Positions 37,527 to 46,152 of a DNA stretch of 64,000 bases are shown one piece after another. The notes under the pieces were generated by a model. It ran no database searches. It had not been told where the DNA came from and saw only the letters and a list, made by a program, of their open reading frames with translations. This DNA comes from an uncultured virus (IMG/VR IMGVR_UViG_3300009551_000011) (taxonomy: Duplodnaviria; Heunggongvirae; Uroviricota; Caudoviricetes): IMG/VR virus record IMGVR_UViG_3300009551_000011. The stretch is one strand, 5' to 3'. The position numbers were made by a program, and so were the translations under genes. The stretch's first letter is position 1. Each line of letters begins with the position of its first letter.

Positions 37527-38621
37527 ATGACAATGACTGAACGCGGCTCCGCGCTTATGGAGCGCGAGGGTTTCAATGACGACGACATCACCATTATAGA
37601 CAATTCTGGTGCGGGGCTCATGGAGGCCCAAACACGCGGCGAGATTGATATCCAAATATCAACAGCGCGCAGGTTCCCGCGATCTATTCGCCTATTCCGT
37701 GATACAGCACTTGAGATGGCGACCCTTGATGAGCCAACCGCCGATTCATGCTTCTATGTTCTTCCGCGGTCTGGCAAGAACATAGAAGGACCCAGCGTCC
37801 GCTTAGCTGAGATTTGTGCTTCTGCCTGGGGGCACATGAGGGTCGAATCCCGAGTCGTTGCGGAGGATGAAAAGTTCCTGGTTGCACGAGCTGCGGCTTG
37901 GGACCTCCAAAACAATGTAGCCATTTCAATTGAGGTGCGTCGACGCATAACGGACAAGGGCGGTAAGCGTTATAACGACGACATGATCAGTACAACGGCG
38001 AATGCCGCCATCTCTATTGCTCTTCGTAACGCTGTATTCAAGGTTATTCCTGCTGCCTATACCAGAGCAATTTACATGGAATGCCGGCGCGTGGCAATTG
38101 GCGACGCCGCAACCCTGGCTGACAAGAGAGCTAAAGTGCTGGTTGCTCTTGCAAAAATGGGGGCCACCAATGACCGCGTATTCATGATGCTCGGCATTCG
38201 CGGTGAAGAAGACATCACCCTTGACCACCTCGGAACACTTAAAGGCATTGGAACTGCGATTCGCGATGGCGACACGACCGTTGACGAGGCGTTCCCCCTT
38301 CCCGGTGCAGTAGCGGCGGAATTGAAGCCTGAAAGCAAGCTGGCAGAGACGGTTAAGCGTGCCACTAAGAAGCAGGAGGCGCCTGTCGCAGAAGCCGCAC
38401 AAGAACCAATCTCAGCCCCGCCCCTCTCCGGCAGAGAGCAATTCCGTAACGCCGCGAATGCCATGAACTATCCGGTTCAAGGTGATGAGGATGTGAGGCT
38501 TCTGGCTGTCCAGTTCCTCGGCATTGACCGGGATACCGTGCTTACGGATGAGCAGTACATTGCGGCGATTGCTGAGTTGCCGAAGCCGGGGCCGAACGAA
38601 AAGCTGTTCGATGACCAGTAA
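37527..38621 (+). CDS. putative single-strand annealing/recombination protein
   Basis: follows YqaJ; QISTARRFPR, GPSVRLAE and ALRNAVFKVIP motifs. Confidence 0.6.
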   Translation: MTMTERGSALMEREGFNDDDITIIDNSGAGLMEAQTRGEIDIQISTARRFPRSIRLFRDTALEMATLDEPTADSCFYVLPRSGKNIEGPSVRLAEICASAWGHMRVESRVVAEDEKFLVARAAAWDLQNNVAISIEVRRRITDKGGKRYNDDMISTTANAAISIALRNAVFKVIPAAYTRAIYMECRRVAIGDAATLADKRAKVLVALAKMGATNDRVFMMLGIRGEEDITLDHLGTLKGIGTAIRDGDTTVDEAFPLPGAVAAELKPESKLAETVKRATKKQEAPVAEAAQEPISAPPLSGREQFRNAANAMNYPVQGDEDVRLLAVQFLGIDRDTVLTDEQYIAAIAELPKPGPNEKLFDDQ

Positions 38622-38663
38622 CCGAACCTGGGCGCATTTTGACCTACTACAAAGGAGACGACA

Positions 38664-39062
38664 TTGGGAGTATTGTCAGCAGAATTTGAGTTTGAGATTG
38701 GCGATGAGGTCATGCACGCGAACGCCTCACTCGGTTCTGACTCGCTGCTAGGAGTAACACCAGCAAAACTGATCGTTGTTGAACGAGTCATTCAGCAGTG
38801 CCACGGAGGGATTCAGAAATTCTGTAAGGTGCGAGGAGTGCAGGCAGACGGCAATTTCAGTGGACTGGTAGACATTTGCACCTTTGAGTTACGCCCTTAT
38901 CCGACTCAATGCGAATTGGACAAGATTAGCGATGCTGCAGAGGAAGCAAGAGACGCCCGGAGTGCCGCCAGACGCATGAGACGCCAGGCTCAGGCAGCAG
39001 AAACGGTTGCGGCTAACGCTGAAGCGCGCTGCGAAGAGGTCAAGAGGCCGAGCAGGGATTAG
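38664..39062 (+). CDS. hypothetical protein
   Basis: AAGGAG RBS with TTG start. Confidence 0.55.
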   Translation: MGVLSAEFEFEIGDEVMHANASLGSDSLLGVTPAKLIVVERVIQQCHGGIQKFCKVRGVQADGNFSGLVDICTFELRPYPTQCELDKISDAAEEARDARSAARRMRRQAQAAETVAANAEARCEEVKRPSRD

Positions 39063-39456
39063 GAGGCGGTTCACATGCCACGAAGCCCGCCTTCAATGGC
39101 CCCACCTATTACTTGAGTGATGTCTTAACCGGATGACTGGCCGGGATGACGTAGCATTCCGGCCAACTAACAGATTTTCAGATGAGCCACATCAAGAGCA
39201 GCGAGTAAACGTTGATCCTCAGCATGAGGGCGCGATCTCACATGCGCTCAGGCAATAGTGCGAAATAGCAACGTGACTGCCGTGAGAGTGCGGCACTGAT
39301 TTCAAGAGTTGAGGGGAAGAGAACGCCGGATGCATACGGCGGCGGGCAGGGAAGATTGGATTCCCGCATCGCTGATAAACGATACTTGCTACGCCCCTCA
39401 ATCGGACTTGCCGCGCATGGCGATCGGGTGGCTACGTTACAGCCCTCTTCTCCTTC

Positions 39457-39488
39457 AGCCGGGAGAACTGCAACTCCCGGCTCTTTTT
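39457..39488 (+). terminator. intrinsic terminator
   Basis: AGCCGGGAG/CTCCCGGCT stem followed by CTTTTT. Confidence 0.75.
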
Positions 39489-39500
39489 AAGATTTGACCT

Positions 39501-40232
39501 ATGAAGCACATCGTTGCCCTATCAGGCGGAAAAGACAGTACGGCAATGACTCTTCTGTTGAGGGAATTACACCCTGACAGGGAGTTTGAGTATGTCTACA
39601 CGCCGACCGGTGACGAACTTCCAGCCATGCAGATATTTTGGGTCGAACTTGGGCAGATACTCGGAAAACCGCTCATCCCGATTACCTGCGGCGAAACGCT
39701 CACATCGCTGATCGTGAAGCAGAATGCCATTCCTAACTTTCGGATGAGATGGTGTACACGGATGCTCAAACTTGAACCGTTCATCGCCTACGCCTTGAGC
39801 AATCTTCCGGCAACGCTCTATGTAGGCCTCCGGGCTGATGAGGATCTCCGAGACGGAGCAGTTTACGGCAAGGTTGAAGGCATCACTCAGTCGTACCCAC
39901 TTCAAGATAACGGCTTCACGCTGGCAAAGGTCTGGGATATCCTAGGCAGATATGGGATCGAGATTCCAGAGCGAACCGATTGCGCTCTCTGCTTCTTCCA
40001 GCGGCTTGCCGAGTGGTGGCGCTTATGGGCTTTTAACCGCGACCGATTCAATCTGGGCGTTGCTCTTGAGAAGCTGACGGGTCACACGTTCCGAACACCA
40101 GGGCGCGACACATGGCCCGTTTCACTTGAGGATTTAGGCAAACGATTCGAGGCTGGTGACATCCCAAAAGGGGCTGCGCAGATTCAGCTCATTTCCGACC
40201 GCCCGCAGATGTGCCGGGCATGCAGTTTATAA
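39501..40232 (+). CDS. PAPS-reductase-family (PP-loop) protein
   Basis: ALSGGKDSTA, RWCTRMLKLEP, VGLRADE and RTDCALCFFQ motifs. Confidence 0.85.
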   Translation: MKHIVALSGGKDSTAMTLLLRELHPDREFEYVYTPTGDELPAMQIFWVELGQILGKPLIPITCGETLTSLIVKQNAIPNFRMRWCTRMLKLEPFIAYALSNLPATLYVGLRADEDLRDGAVYGKVEGITQSYPLQDNGFTLAKVWDILGRYGIEIPERTDCALCFFQRLAEWWRLWAFNRDRFNLGVALEKLTGHTFRTPGRDTWPVSLEDLGKRFEAGDIPKGAAQIQLISDRPQMCRACSL

Positions 40233-40241
40233 GGATTTTGC

Positions 40242-40773
40242 ATGCTCTTCTTGCTCGACATGAACGGCGGCTACGACGAAGCAGCGGGAGAGTTAGGCGT
40301 TAAGCCTGCGGATGTCGGGCAACTGATTACGCCGCTGACGAGGTTCAAGAACCATGGACGCCAGCACTTCGGGATAGACAACGGTGCATTCAGCAGGTTC
40401 GACCCGAAGGCGTTCCGCAGTCTCCTGAAGCGTGAAGAACCTAACCGCAGCAAATGCCGGTTTGTGGTCGCAGAGGTGTTTGAACGGTGGAAACACCAGC
40501 TGGCAGGTTGGCCTATCGCATTAGCTTGTCAGGACGGGCAAGAGGACCTGCCGATTCCGATGGAAGATGAGCCGCCACGCTCATGCGATTGTGAAGGCGG
40601 CGCAGGCACTCGGTAAATGGACGCACGTCGGGCGCGTCAACACTCCTGCGAGGCTGGAAATACTGGAGGCCTGGGGTGTCAAGAGCGTGGACGGGAGCGG
40701 GATTAGCCAGTACAGCGACATGCGCAGGGATATGGCGACGAGACATGAGCAACTTAGTTTGATGGAGGTTTGA
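40242..40773 (+). pseudogene. split TGT/DpdA-like TIM-barrel gene
   Basis: IDNGAF and QDG in the first frame; HVGRVNT and SVDGSG in a second frame; frame change near 40560. Confidence 0.6.
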
Positions 40774-40777
40774 GCAA

Positions 40778-41077
40778 ATGAAGAACCTGCGCGACCTACA
40801 CGAAATACCCTACAACGATTGGCCCGGCTCCGCACCGCGTGAGCAACTGGTTATCCGCGGCGACGAGATTGGAATCGTTGAGGTAGAGCCAAAGGAGGCT
40901 GCCATGCCACCGGAGAGAGACGAGCACGATGAAGAACCCGCTGACATGACGCTCTGGGAAACCGTGCTGTGTTTTGTGTTCTGCCGCCCTGGTGCCACGC
41001 TCTGCGCCGTTGTGACATTCTGTTGCGCTGCGTTCGTGGTGTTCGCGCTGATGATGGGATGGAGGCCTTTTCGATGA
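40778..41077 (+). CDS. hypothetical membrane protein
   Basis: GGAGG RBS; C-terminal TM segment. Confidence 0.5.
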   Translation: MKNLRDLHEIPYNDWPGSAPREQLVIRGDEIGIVEVEPKEAAMPPERDEHDEEPADMTLWETVLCFVFCRPGATLCAVVTFCCAAFVVFALMMGWRPFR

Positions 41078-41324
41078 GCTTTGAAACCTACCTGATTACT
41101 CAATGCAAGATGACGTGGCTCCAGTGGAGCTGCCTGCCGTCAGAGACGCGCGTTCTGCTCCATGCGGATTGGTTGAAGGCATACTCGCCGCTTGACCAAT
41201 CGGCAGTTAAGGCTGCGTCAGCTTCATTCGAGTGGCCGAGCCTAAAGGTCTGTGCCGCTGCCCTGATGGCTAGTGCGATCGTGCTCGCCATGATCAGTGC
41301 GTTTATTCGCGGGGTGAATGGGCA

Positions 41325-41942
41325 GTGAGACGGGTCCTAGTCCTGGATACCGAAACCGGCGGACTCGATCCTGCGACCTGCGCCCTCACTGAGATTGGTG
41401 CGGTCGTTGCTGAGTACGACGACAAATGGGACGGTCCAACGATTCTGGACAAGTTCGACGTGTTGATTGTGCCGCCGGATGACCTCCACTTCACGCCCAA
41501 AGCGCTCAAGACGCAGGGCCGATCCATGGGCCTCCTTTCACGCGATGGTATCCCGGAGGCAGACGCAATCCGGCAGTTCTCGGCGTTCGTGAAGCGCAAT
41601 TTCAGCGGCTGGGCGGGCGACATTGACACGGCTATGCACAACTCGTCGTTCGACTTTGGGTTCTTCCTGGCAGCGTTTCGGCGCCATGGCATTGAATGGC
41701 CTCCGTTCAGCGCACAACACCTTTGCACGATGCATTGGTTCCGGCTTCTGCGATTTAAGGGACACCATCAGGTGAAGAAGGCCAAACTACACGACCATGT
41801 TTGCCCACACTACGGAATCGACATCGACCCGGCGAAGAGCCATGAAGCTTGGTACGACTGCGAGCTGACGGCGATTGCGCTCGGCCACATGATGCGCGAC
41901 CTGGCGCGGGTGCAGGTGGCTGAGTTGGAGGCGGCGGCTTAA
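41325..41942 (+). CDS. DEDDh 3'-5' exonuclease (DnaQ-like)
   Basis: LDTETGG, HNSSFD and HEAWYD motifs. Confidence 0.88.
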   Translation: MRRVLVLDTETGGLDPATCALTEIGAVVAEYDDKWDGPTILDKFDVLIVPPDDLHFTPKALKTQGRSMGLLSRDGIPEADAIRQFSAFVKRNFSGWAGDIDTAMHNSSFDFGFFLAAFRRHGIEWPPFSAQHLCTMHWFRLLRFKGHHQVKKAKLHDHVCPHYGIDIDPAKSHEAWYDCELTAIALGHMMRDLARVQVAELEAAA

Positions 41943-41943
41943 G

Positions 41944-42228
41944 ATGGGCAGCAGTCGGCCAGAGGCTCTGGCGCTCACTAATTGGCGGTGTTGGTATTGC
42001 GGCGTCCATCTCACAGAGGCGACAGCAACGATTGACCATGTTCTGCCGAGAGCGTTTGGCAACAAGGCCGAGAACAACGTGGTTGCTGCCTGCTTTCCCT
42101 GCAACAACTCGAAAGGGAGCCTGGGTGTTCGGAAGTGGCGGAAGCTGTTCGAGACAATTCACCGGAACACTGTGTTCTATGGCGAGACTATCGGACTGTC
42201 TTTGAAGCGGAAGAAGGTGGCCGCGTGA
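41944..42228 (+). CDS. HNH endonuclease
   Basis: CWYCG, TIDHVLP and N..AACFPCNNSKG motifs. Confidence 0.85.
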   Translation: MGSSRPEALALTNWRCWYCGVHLTEATATIDHVLPRAFGNKAENNVVAACFPCNNSKGSLGVRKWRKLFETIHRNTVFYGETIGLSLKRKKVAA

Positions 42229-43481
42229 CCACCCACTCCGCGCCGACAAGGCCTTCCGCCTGCCTCCTGCTCGGTGACGTTATAGAGCAGTTGAAGACGC
42301 TTCCTGCCGAGTCGGTTCACACAGTTGTTACCTCGCCTCCTTATTGGGGTTTGCGAGACTACGGCGTTGATGGGCAAATCGGACTTGAAGAATCTCCTCA
42401 TGCCCACATCGACCGCATGGTGGAAGTGTTTCGGGAGATCCGGCGAGTACTGCGCAAGGATGGAACGGTCTGGATGAATTACGGGGATTGCTACGCGACG
42501 GGCGCTGGAAAGGTTGGAGAGCATCCGGGAGGCGGGAAGCAGGGCGAACGCTGGGCGTCTAAACAGGCATTCTTCGGCGGATCAGGTGTTACAGGTGTCG
42601 GTCCAATGACACAGCCTAACCGGTTGCCACAGCCAGGGCTCAAGCCGAAAGACCTCTGTATGATGCCTCACCGGCTGGCAATCGCTCTTCAAGACGACGG
42701 ATGGTGGATACGCTGCGACATTGTTTGGAGCAAGCCAGATCCAATGCCCGAGAGTATAAAGGACCGGCCTGCTAAGTCTCATGAGTACATTTTCTTGATG
42801 AGTAAATCAGAGCGCTATTTCTACGATGCTGAGGCTGTCAAAGAGCCCGTAACCGGTAACACTCATTCTCGAGGTAATGGATTGAATCCGAAAGCCATGG
42901 GCACTGGTGTCGGATGGGATTACGACAAGCCGAACGGTAAATCACGTGTAAAGCAGAATGAGAGCTTTTCCGCTGCGACCGCGGGGATGGTTTCCTCTAG
43001 GAACCGTAGGTCGGTGTGGACCATTCCGACCGAAAGCTACGCAGAGGCACACTTTGCCACATATCCACGCGACCTGGTGCGTCCGTGTATTTTGGCCGGT
43101 ACGAGTGAGAAGGGCTGCTGCTCGAGCTGTGGTGCGCCGTTAACGCGAGTCATTCAGGCTGGAAGCGGATTCATGTACGGGAAAGAGGCGCGTAGCACAG
43201 GGCGACCAGATGGAGCGGACAGACGCAATCCTCGAGGAGGCCAGAAGGAATGGGATTCGTACATCCCTGCAGTCACCTTGGATTGGCAGCCCTCCTGTAA
43301 GTGCGCTGCAGACGTGGTTCCGTGCACCGTTCTTGACCCGTTCTTTGGCTCTGGAACTAGCGGTTGCGTGGCTCTCGAATATGGCCGCAATATTATCGGG
43401 ATTGAGATCAACCCGGCTTACATGGAGTTAGCGAAGTGCCGCATCGCGCCGTATTTGGCTCAAGGAACGATGCAGTTTTAG
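42225..43481 (+). CDS. N4-C/N6-A DNA methyltransferase (beta class)
   Basis: TSPPYW, HFATYP and VLDPFFGSGT motifs; Cys-flanked insertion. Confidence 0.92.
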   Translation: MTTHSAPTRPSACLLLGDVIEQLKTLPAESVHTVVTSPPYWGLRDYGVDGQIGLEESPHAHIDRMVEVFREIRRVLRKDGTVWMNYGDCYATGAGKVGEHPGGGKQGERWASKQAFFGGSGVTGVGPMTQPNRLPQPGLKPKDLCMMPHRLAIALQDDGWWIRCDIVWSKPDPMPESIKDRPAKSHEYIFLMSKSERYFYDAEAVKEPVTGNTHSRGNGLNPKAMGTGVGWDYDKPNGKSRVKQNESFSAATAGMVSSRNRRSVWTIPTESYAEAHFATYPRDLVRPCILAGTSEKGCCSSCGAPLTRVIQAGSGFMYGKEARSTGRPDGADRRNPRGGQKEWDSYIPAVTLDWQPSCKCAADVVPCTVLDPFFGSGTSGCVALEYGRNIIGIEINPAYMELAKCRIAPYLAQGTMQF

Positions 43482-43536
43482 GCTGCCGCAAGGCACTCTC
43501 GGAATCTGAATCGCGCACGGGCGCGGGAGTCTGTAC

Positions 43537-43890
43537 ATGGAAACTCGGATGAAGAACCATTGCGCGACGTGCGCCTTCAGGAACGGCACGGAGGCGAATA
43601 AAGATGACCTCACGCAGCAGAAGGTTGAACTCTGTATTGGCTCAGGCACGCCTTTCTTCTGCCACGAGGAAGGCACATCTCATCATCTTTGTGCGGGGTT
43701 CGCGAACGCTTTAGATGCCAAAGTAAAGCGCGGAGACTACAAGCCGGAGGACCAGTGGCGGCGGGATGTTCAGGTCGGATTACTGGCACTCATTACCGAG
43801 GCTGAGGAGTTTGACTGCACTCCTGAAGAGATAGACGCCATGCTGCGCAGGGTGCTTGTGCGTTGTTTTAATGAGATGCCGATCCGCTAG
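43537..43890 (+). CDS. Cys-rich hypothetical protein
   Basis: CATCAFR, FFCH and LCAG motifs. Confidence 0.6.
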   Translation: METRMKNHCATCAFRNGTEANKDDLTQQKVELCIGSGTPFFCHEEGTSHHLCAGFANALDAKVKRGDYKPEDQWRRDVQVGLLALITEAEEFDCTPEEIDAMLRRVLVRCFNEMPIR

Positions 43891-43981
43891 TTCAGGGTGC
43901 AAATTAGTTAGACAGAATTCACACATGAGGCTTGCCTGTGGTGGGCAGGAGGGTGACGCCCTGAACAGTCAGACAGACCTT

Positions 43982-44022
43982 GGCCGGAAGTTATGTTTGT
44001 CGGGCTTACCGGCCGCTTTTTT
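43982..44022 (+). terminator. intrinsic terminator
   Basis: GGCCGG-AAG...CTT-A-CCGGCC followed by T6. Confidence 0.6.
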
Positions 44023-44266
44023 AGTCTACTAATTAAGTTCAAATTATAGTAGACAAACACTTGATTTTTGCTGTCATATATGCGATAATAATCATGGCTT
44101 CCAACCAAAAAGACAACCCTATATTTGGCACTTTCCGCGCCCGATTCTTCACAGATTCGGCGTCGTTGCGCTATACTTACTCCCGGCCCCTTTTGGGTTC
44201 TCACATGGTTGGAAGCCTGTTGAGAATTCAATTGTGGGCCATTTTTGTGTCTGGCGGTTTTCGCAT

Positions 44267-44923
44267 ATGAAATCATCGCAATACATAGACGAGAATCCAT
44301 TCGGCGAGTACATGCCGTCGAACCCATTACAGCGCCAATCTGTGCCCGAATGCGGGAATCATGAGCGCGCCATTCTGGGATACTTGACGCTCATTCCGGT
44401 TTGCGATGCGCTCCTGATAAGTAACGTGCTTCACCCGAAGGACTTGCAGTTTCCTCTTCATGCCGCTATCTACAGGCGAATCGTTATACATGCCCGCGCC
44501 GGGAGAATGGTGGTTGAGGCCGTCACAAACGGCGTAGATCGCTGGCTAACTACCGATATCGGATACGTAAATCCTCGTCGTTATTTAGGATTTTGTATTG
44601 AAATTGCTTGCGACAACAACGAAGAAGCGATGGTTTGTGTTGAGTGGATTCAGGAATGCGCTGCACGTAGACGCCGATTTGAAGCGTTACGAAAAGCACT
44701 TGAGATGGTGACGAATCTTGACAAACCCGTTGAGCAAATTGACAGGGCAATCGATGCACTCAACTTCGAAGCCCGCAAGGTAAACCAGGGGCTTTCAGTC
44801 TCAAAATCAACGACCGCGATTCCGGTTGCTAAGTCCAGCACGGTCGTTCCATACAACCAAAATCCTCGCTACGAACTGAAGGGAACGAATACTGGAAGCC
44901 CGAGCCATTCAAGCGTGAAGTAG
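44267..44923 (+). CDS. stand-alone DnaB N-terminal-domain-like protein
   Basis: ERAILG.L, L.P.D...PLHAAIY and I.E.AARRR pattern; no ATPase domain. Confidence 0.6.
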   Translation: MKSSQYIDENPFGEYMPSNPLQRQSVPECGNHERAILGYLTLIPVCDALLISNVLHPKDLQFPLHAAIYRRIVIHARAGRMVVEAVTNGVDRWLTTDIGYVNPRRYLGFCIEIACDNNEEAMVCVEWIQECAARRRRFEALRKALEMVTNLDKPVEQIDRAIDALNFEARKVNQGLSVSKSTTAIPVAKSSTVVPYNQNPRYELKGTNTGSPSHSSVK

Positions 44924-45291
44924 TAGACGAGTTAGTAGACGAGTTGTTATACGGTATGTAACAGATCCGCAAACGGTGTTTTCCCAGGCTGACCGAAACT
45001 CAAGCCGCCGAGACTGTATAGCGCATCCGGGCAATGGCAGGATGCAACTGTAGGCGAGACAAGCGCAAATCATCTGGAAGTATGACGGGTTTCGGTGTAA
45101 AGGCCGATTCGACCAACTGTGTTCTCCTATGCACGCTGCGAAACAGCGGGAGTTTTGTGAGTTGGCAGTCCAGGTGTCCTATGTGTAGTTAGTGCAGTTT
45201 GACACGGCAAGTCAAATGCATAAAAACACAGGGTCAAAGAACCCGTAGGAATCAAAGTTAGAACTCATTAGTCCTATTTTGGAGGTATGGC

Positions 45292-46152
45292 GTGGATATT
45301 GAAGTGTATCAGTTTACTCGGAAGGAAGCAGAGGCGGCTGTTGAGCGGTTCTTTGCAGTAGGTGTCCAAGTTCGGCACCTTATTTTGGAGATGCACGAAC
45401 GCAAGGCGGATAAGGCTCTCGGATACTCCACCTTTGAAGAGTTCACACGGGACAGGCTCGGCGCAGATTGGAACGATGGTTACCTTCGACAGCTTCGAAT
45501 GTGGGCGAGTGTAGAGCGGCAGGTTTTGGTCGATGTGGAGAAACAGCGACTTACAAAACGGATGGTTGACGAGCTTCTGCGGCTTCCAGATGAGAAGCGC
45601 AAGCAGGCTTTTGAAGAAGCGTCCATGCTGCACGCGGATAATCCGCTGCGCGACCTGAAGCATATCGTCAACCGGATGCTCGGCACATCGGACAAATACG
45701 GCAAAGCGAGGGAGACGACTGCTTCTCCTGAGCCGGAGGTGCCGGTCGGAGCGATTGTTGATGTTCATACCGGCAGACCAGTTGTTGAGGTTCATTCTAC
45801 GCCAACTCCAGCCAGAGAAGATGCCAAACCGATCATCGCTGATTTTGGAAAAGGCAATCACACCTTTGAGATCAAGAAGGAAGCGAATCAAGCGCCAATC
45901 ATAGAGGCAATACCAGAGGAACCGCGCGACCCGTTTGCAGATGAAGCGGAGGGTGACGAAGTGCTACATGACGAGGAGCTTTATTACCTATCCGATGAGA
46001 CTCAGAAGAAGCTCGCACAGTTCCGCAAGTTTTGGAACATGACCAGCGACCTTGAAACGGTCGAGAAGATTATCAACCAGCTTTACACGACGTACAGCAA
46101 CAAGCCGAACTTTGCCAAGCTCGCGGAGCAGACCCATGACGCAAATTCTTAG
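45292..46152 (+). CDS. hypothetical DNA-associated protein
   Basis: GGAGG RBS; KALGYSTFEEF motif. Confidence 0.6.
   Translation: MDIEVYQFTRKEAEAAVERFFAVGVQVRHLILEMHERKADKALGYSTFEEFTRDRLGADWNDGYLRQLRMWASVERQVLVDVEKQRLTKRMVDELLRLPDEKRKQAFEEASMLHADNPLRDLKHIVNRMLGTSDKYGKARETTASPEPEVPVGAIVDVHTGRPVVEVHSTPTPAREDAKPIIADFGKGNHTFEIKKEANQAPIIEAIPEEPRDPFADEAEGDEVLHDEELYYLSDETQKKLAQFRKFWNMTSDLETVEKIINQLYTTYSNKPNFAKLAEQTHDANS

Noticed and set aside
44950..45280. Group I/II intron or known riboswitch
   Set aside because: I could not recognise domain V, P7 or aptamer consensus sequences, and the flanking genes are not split
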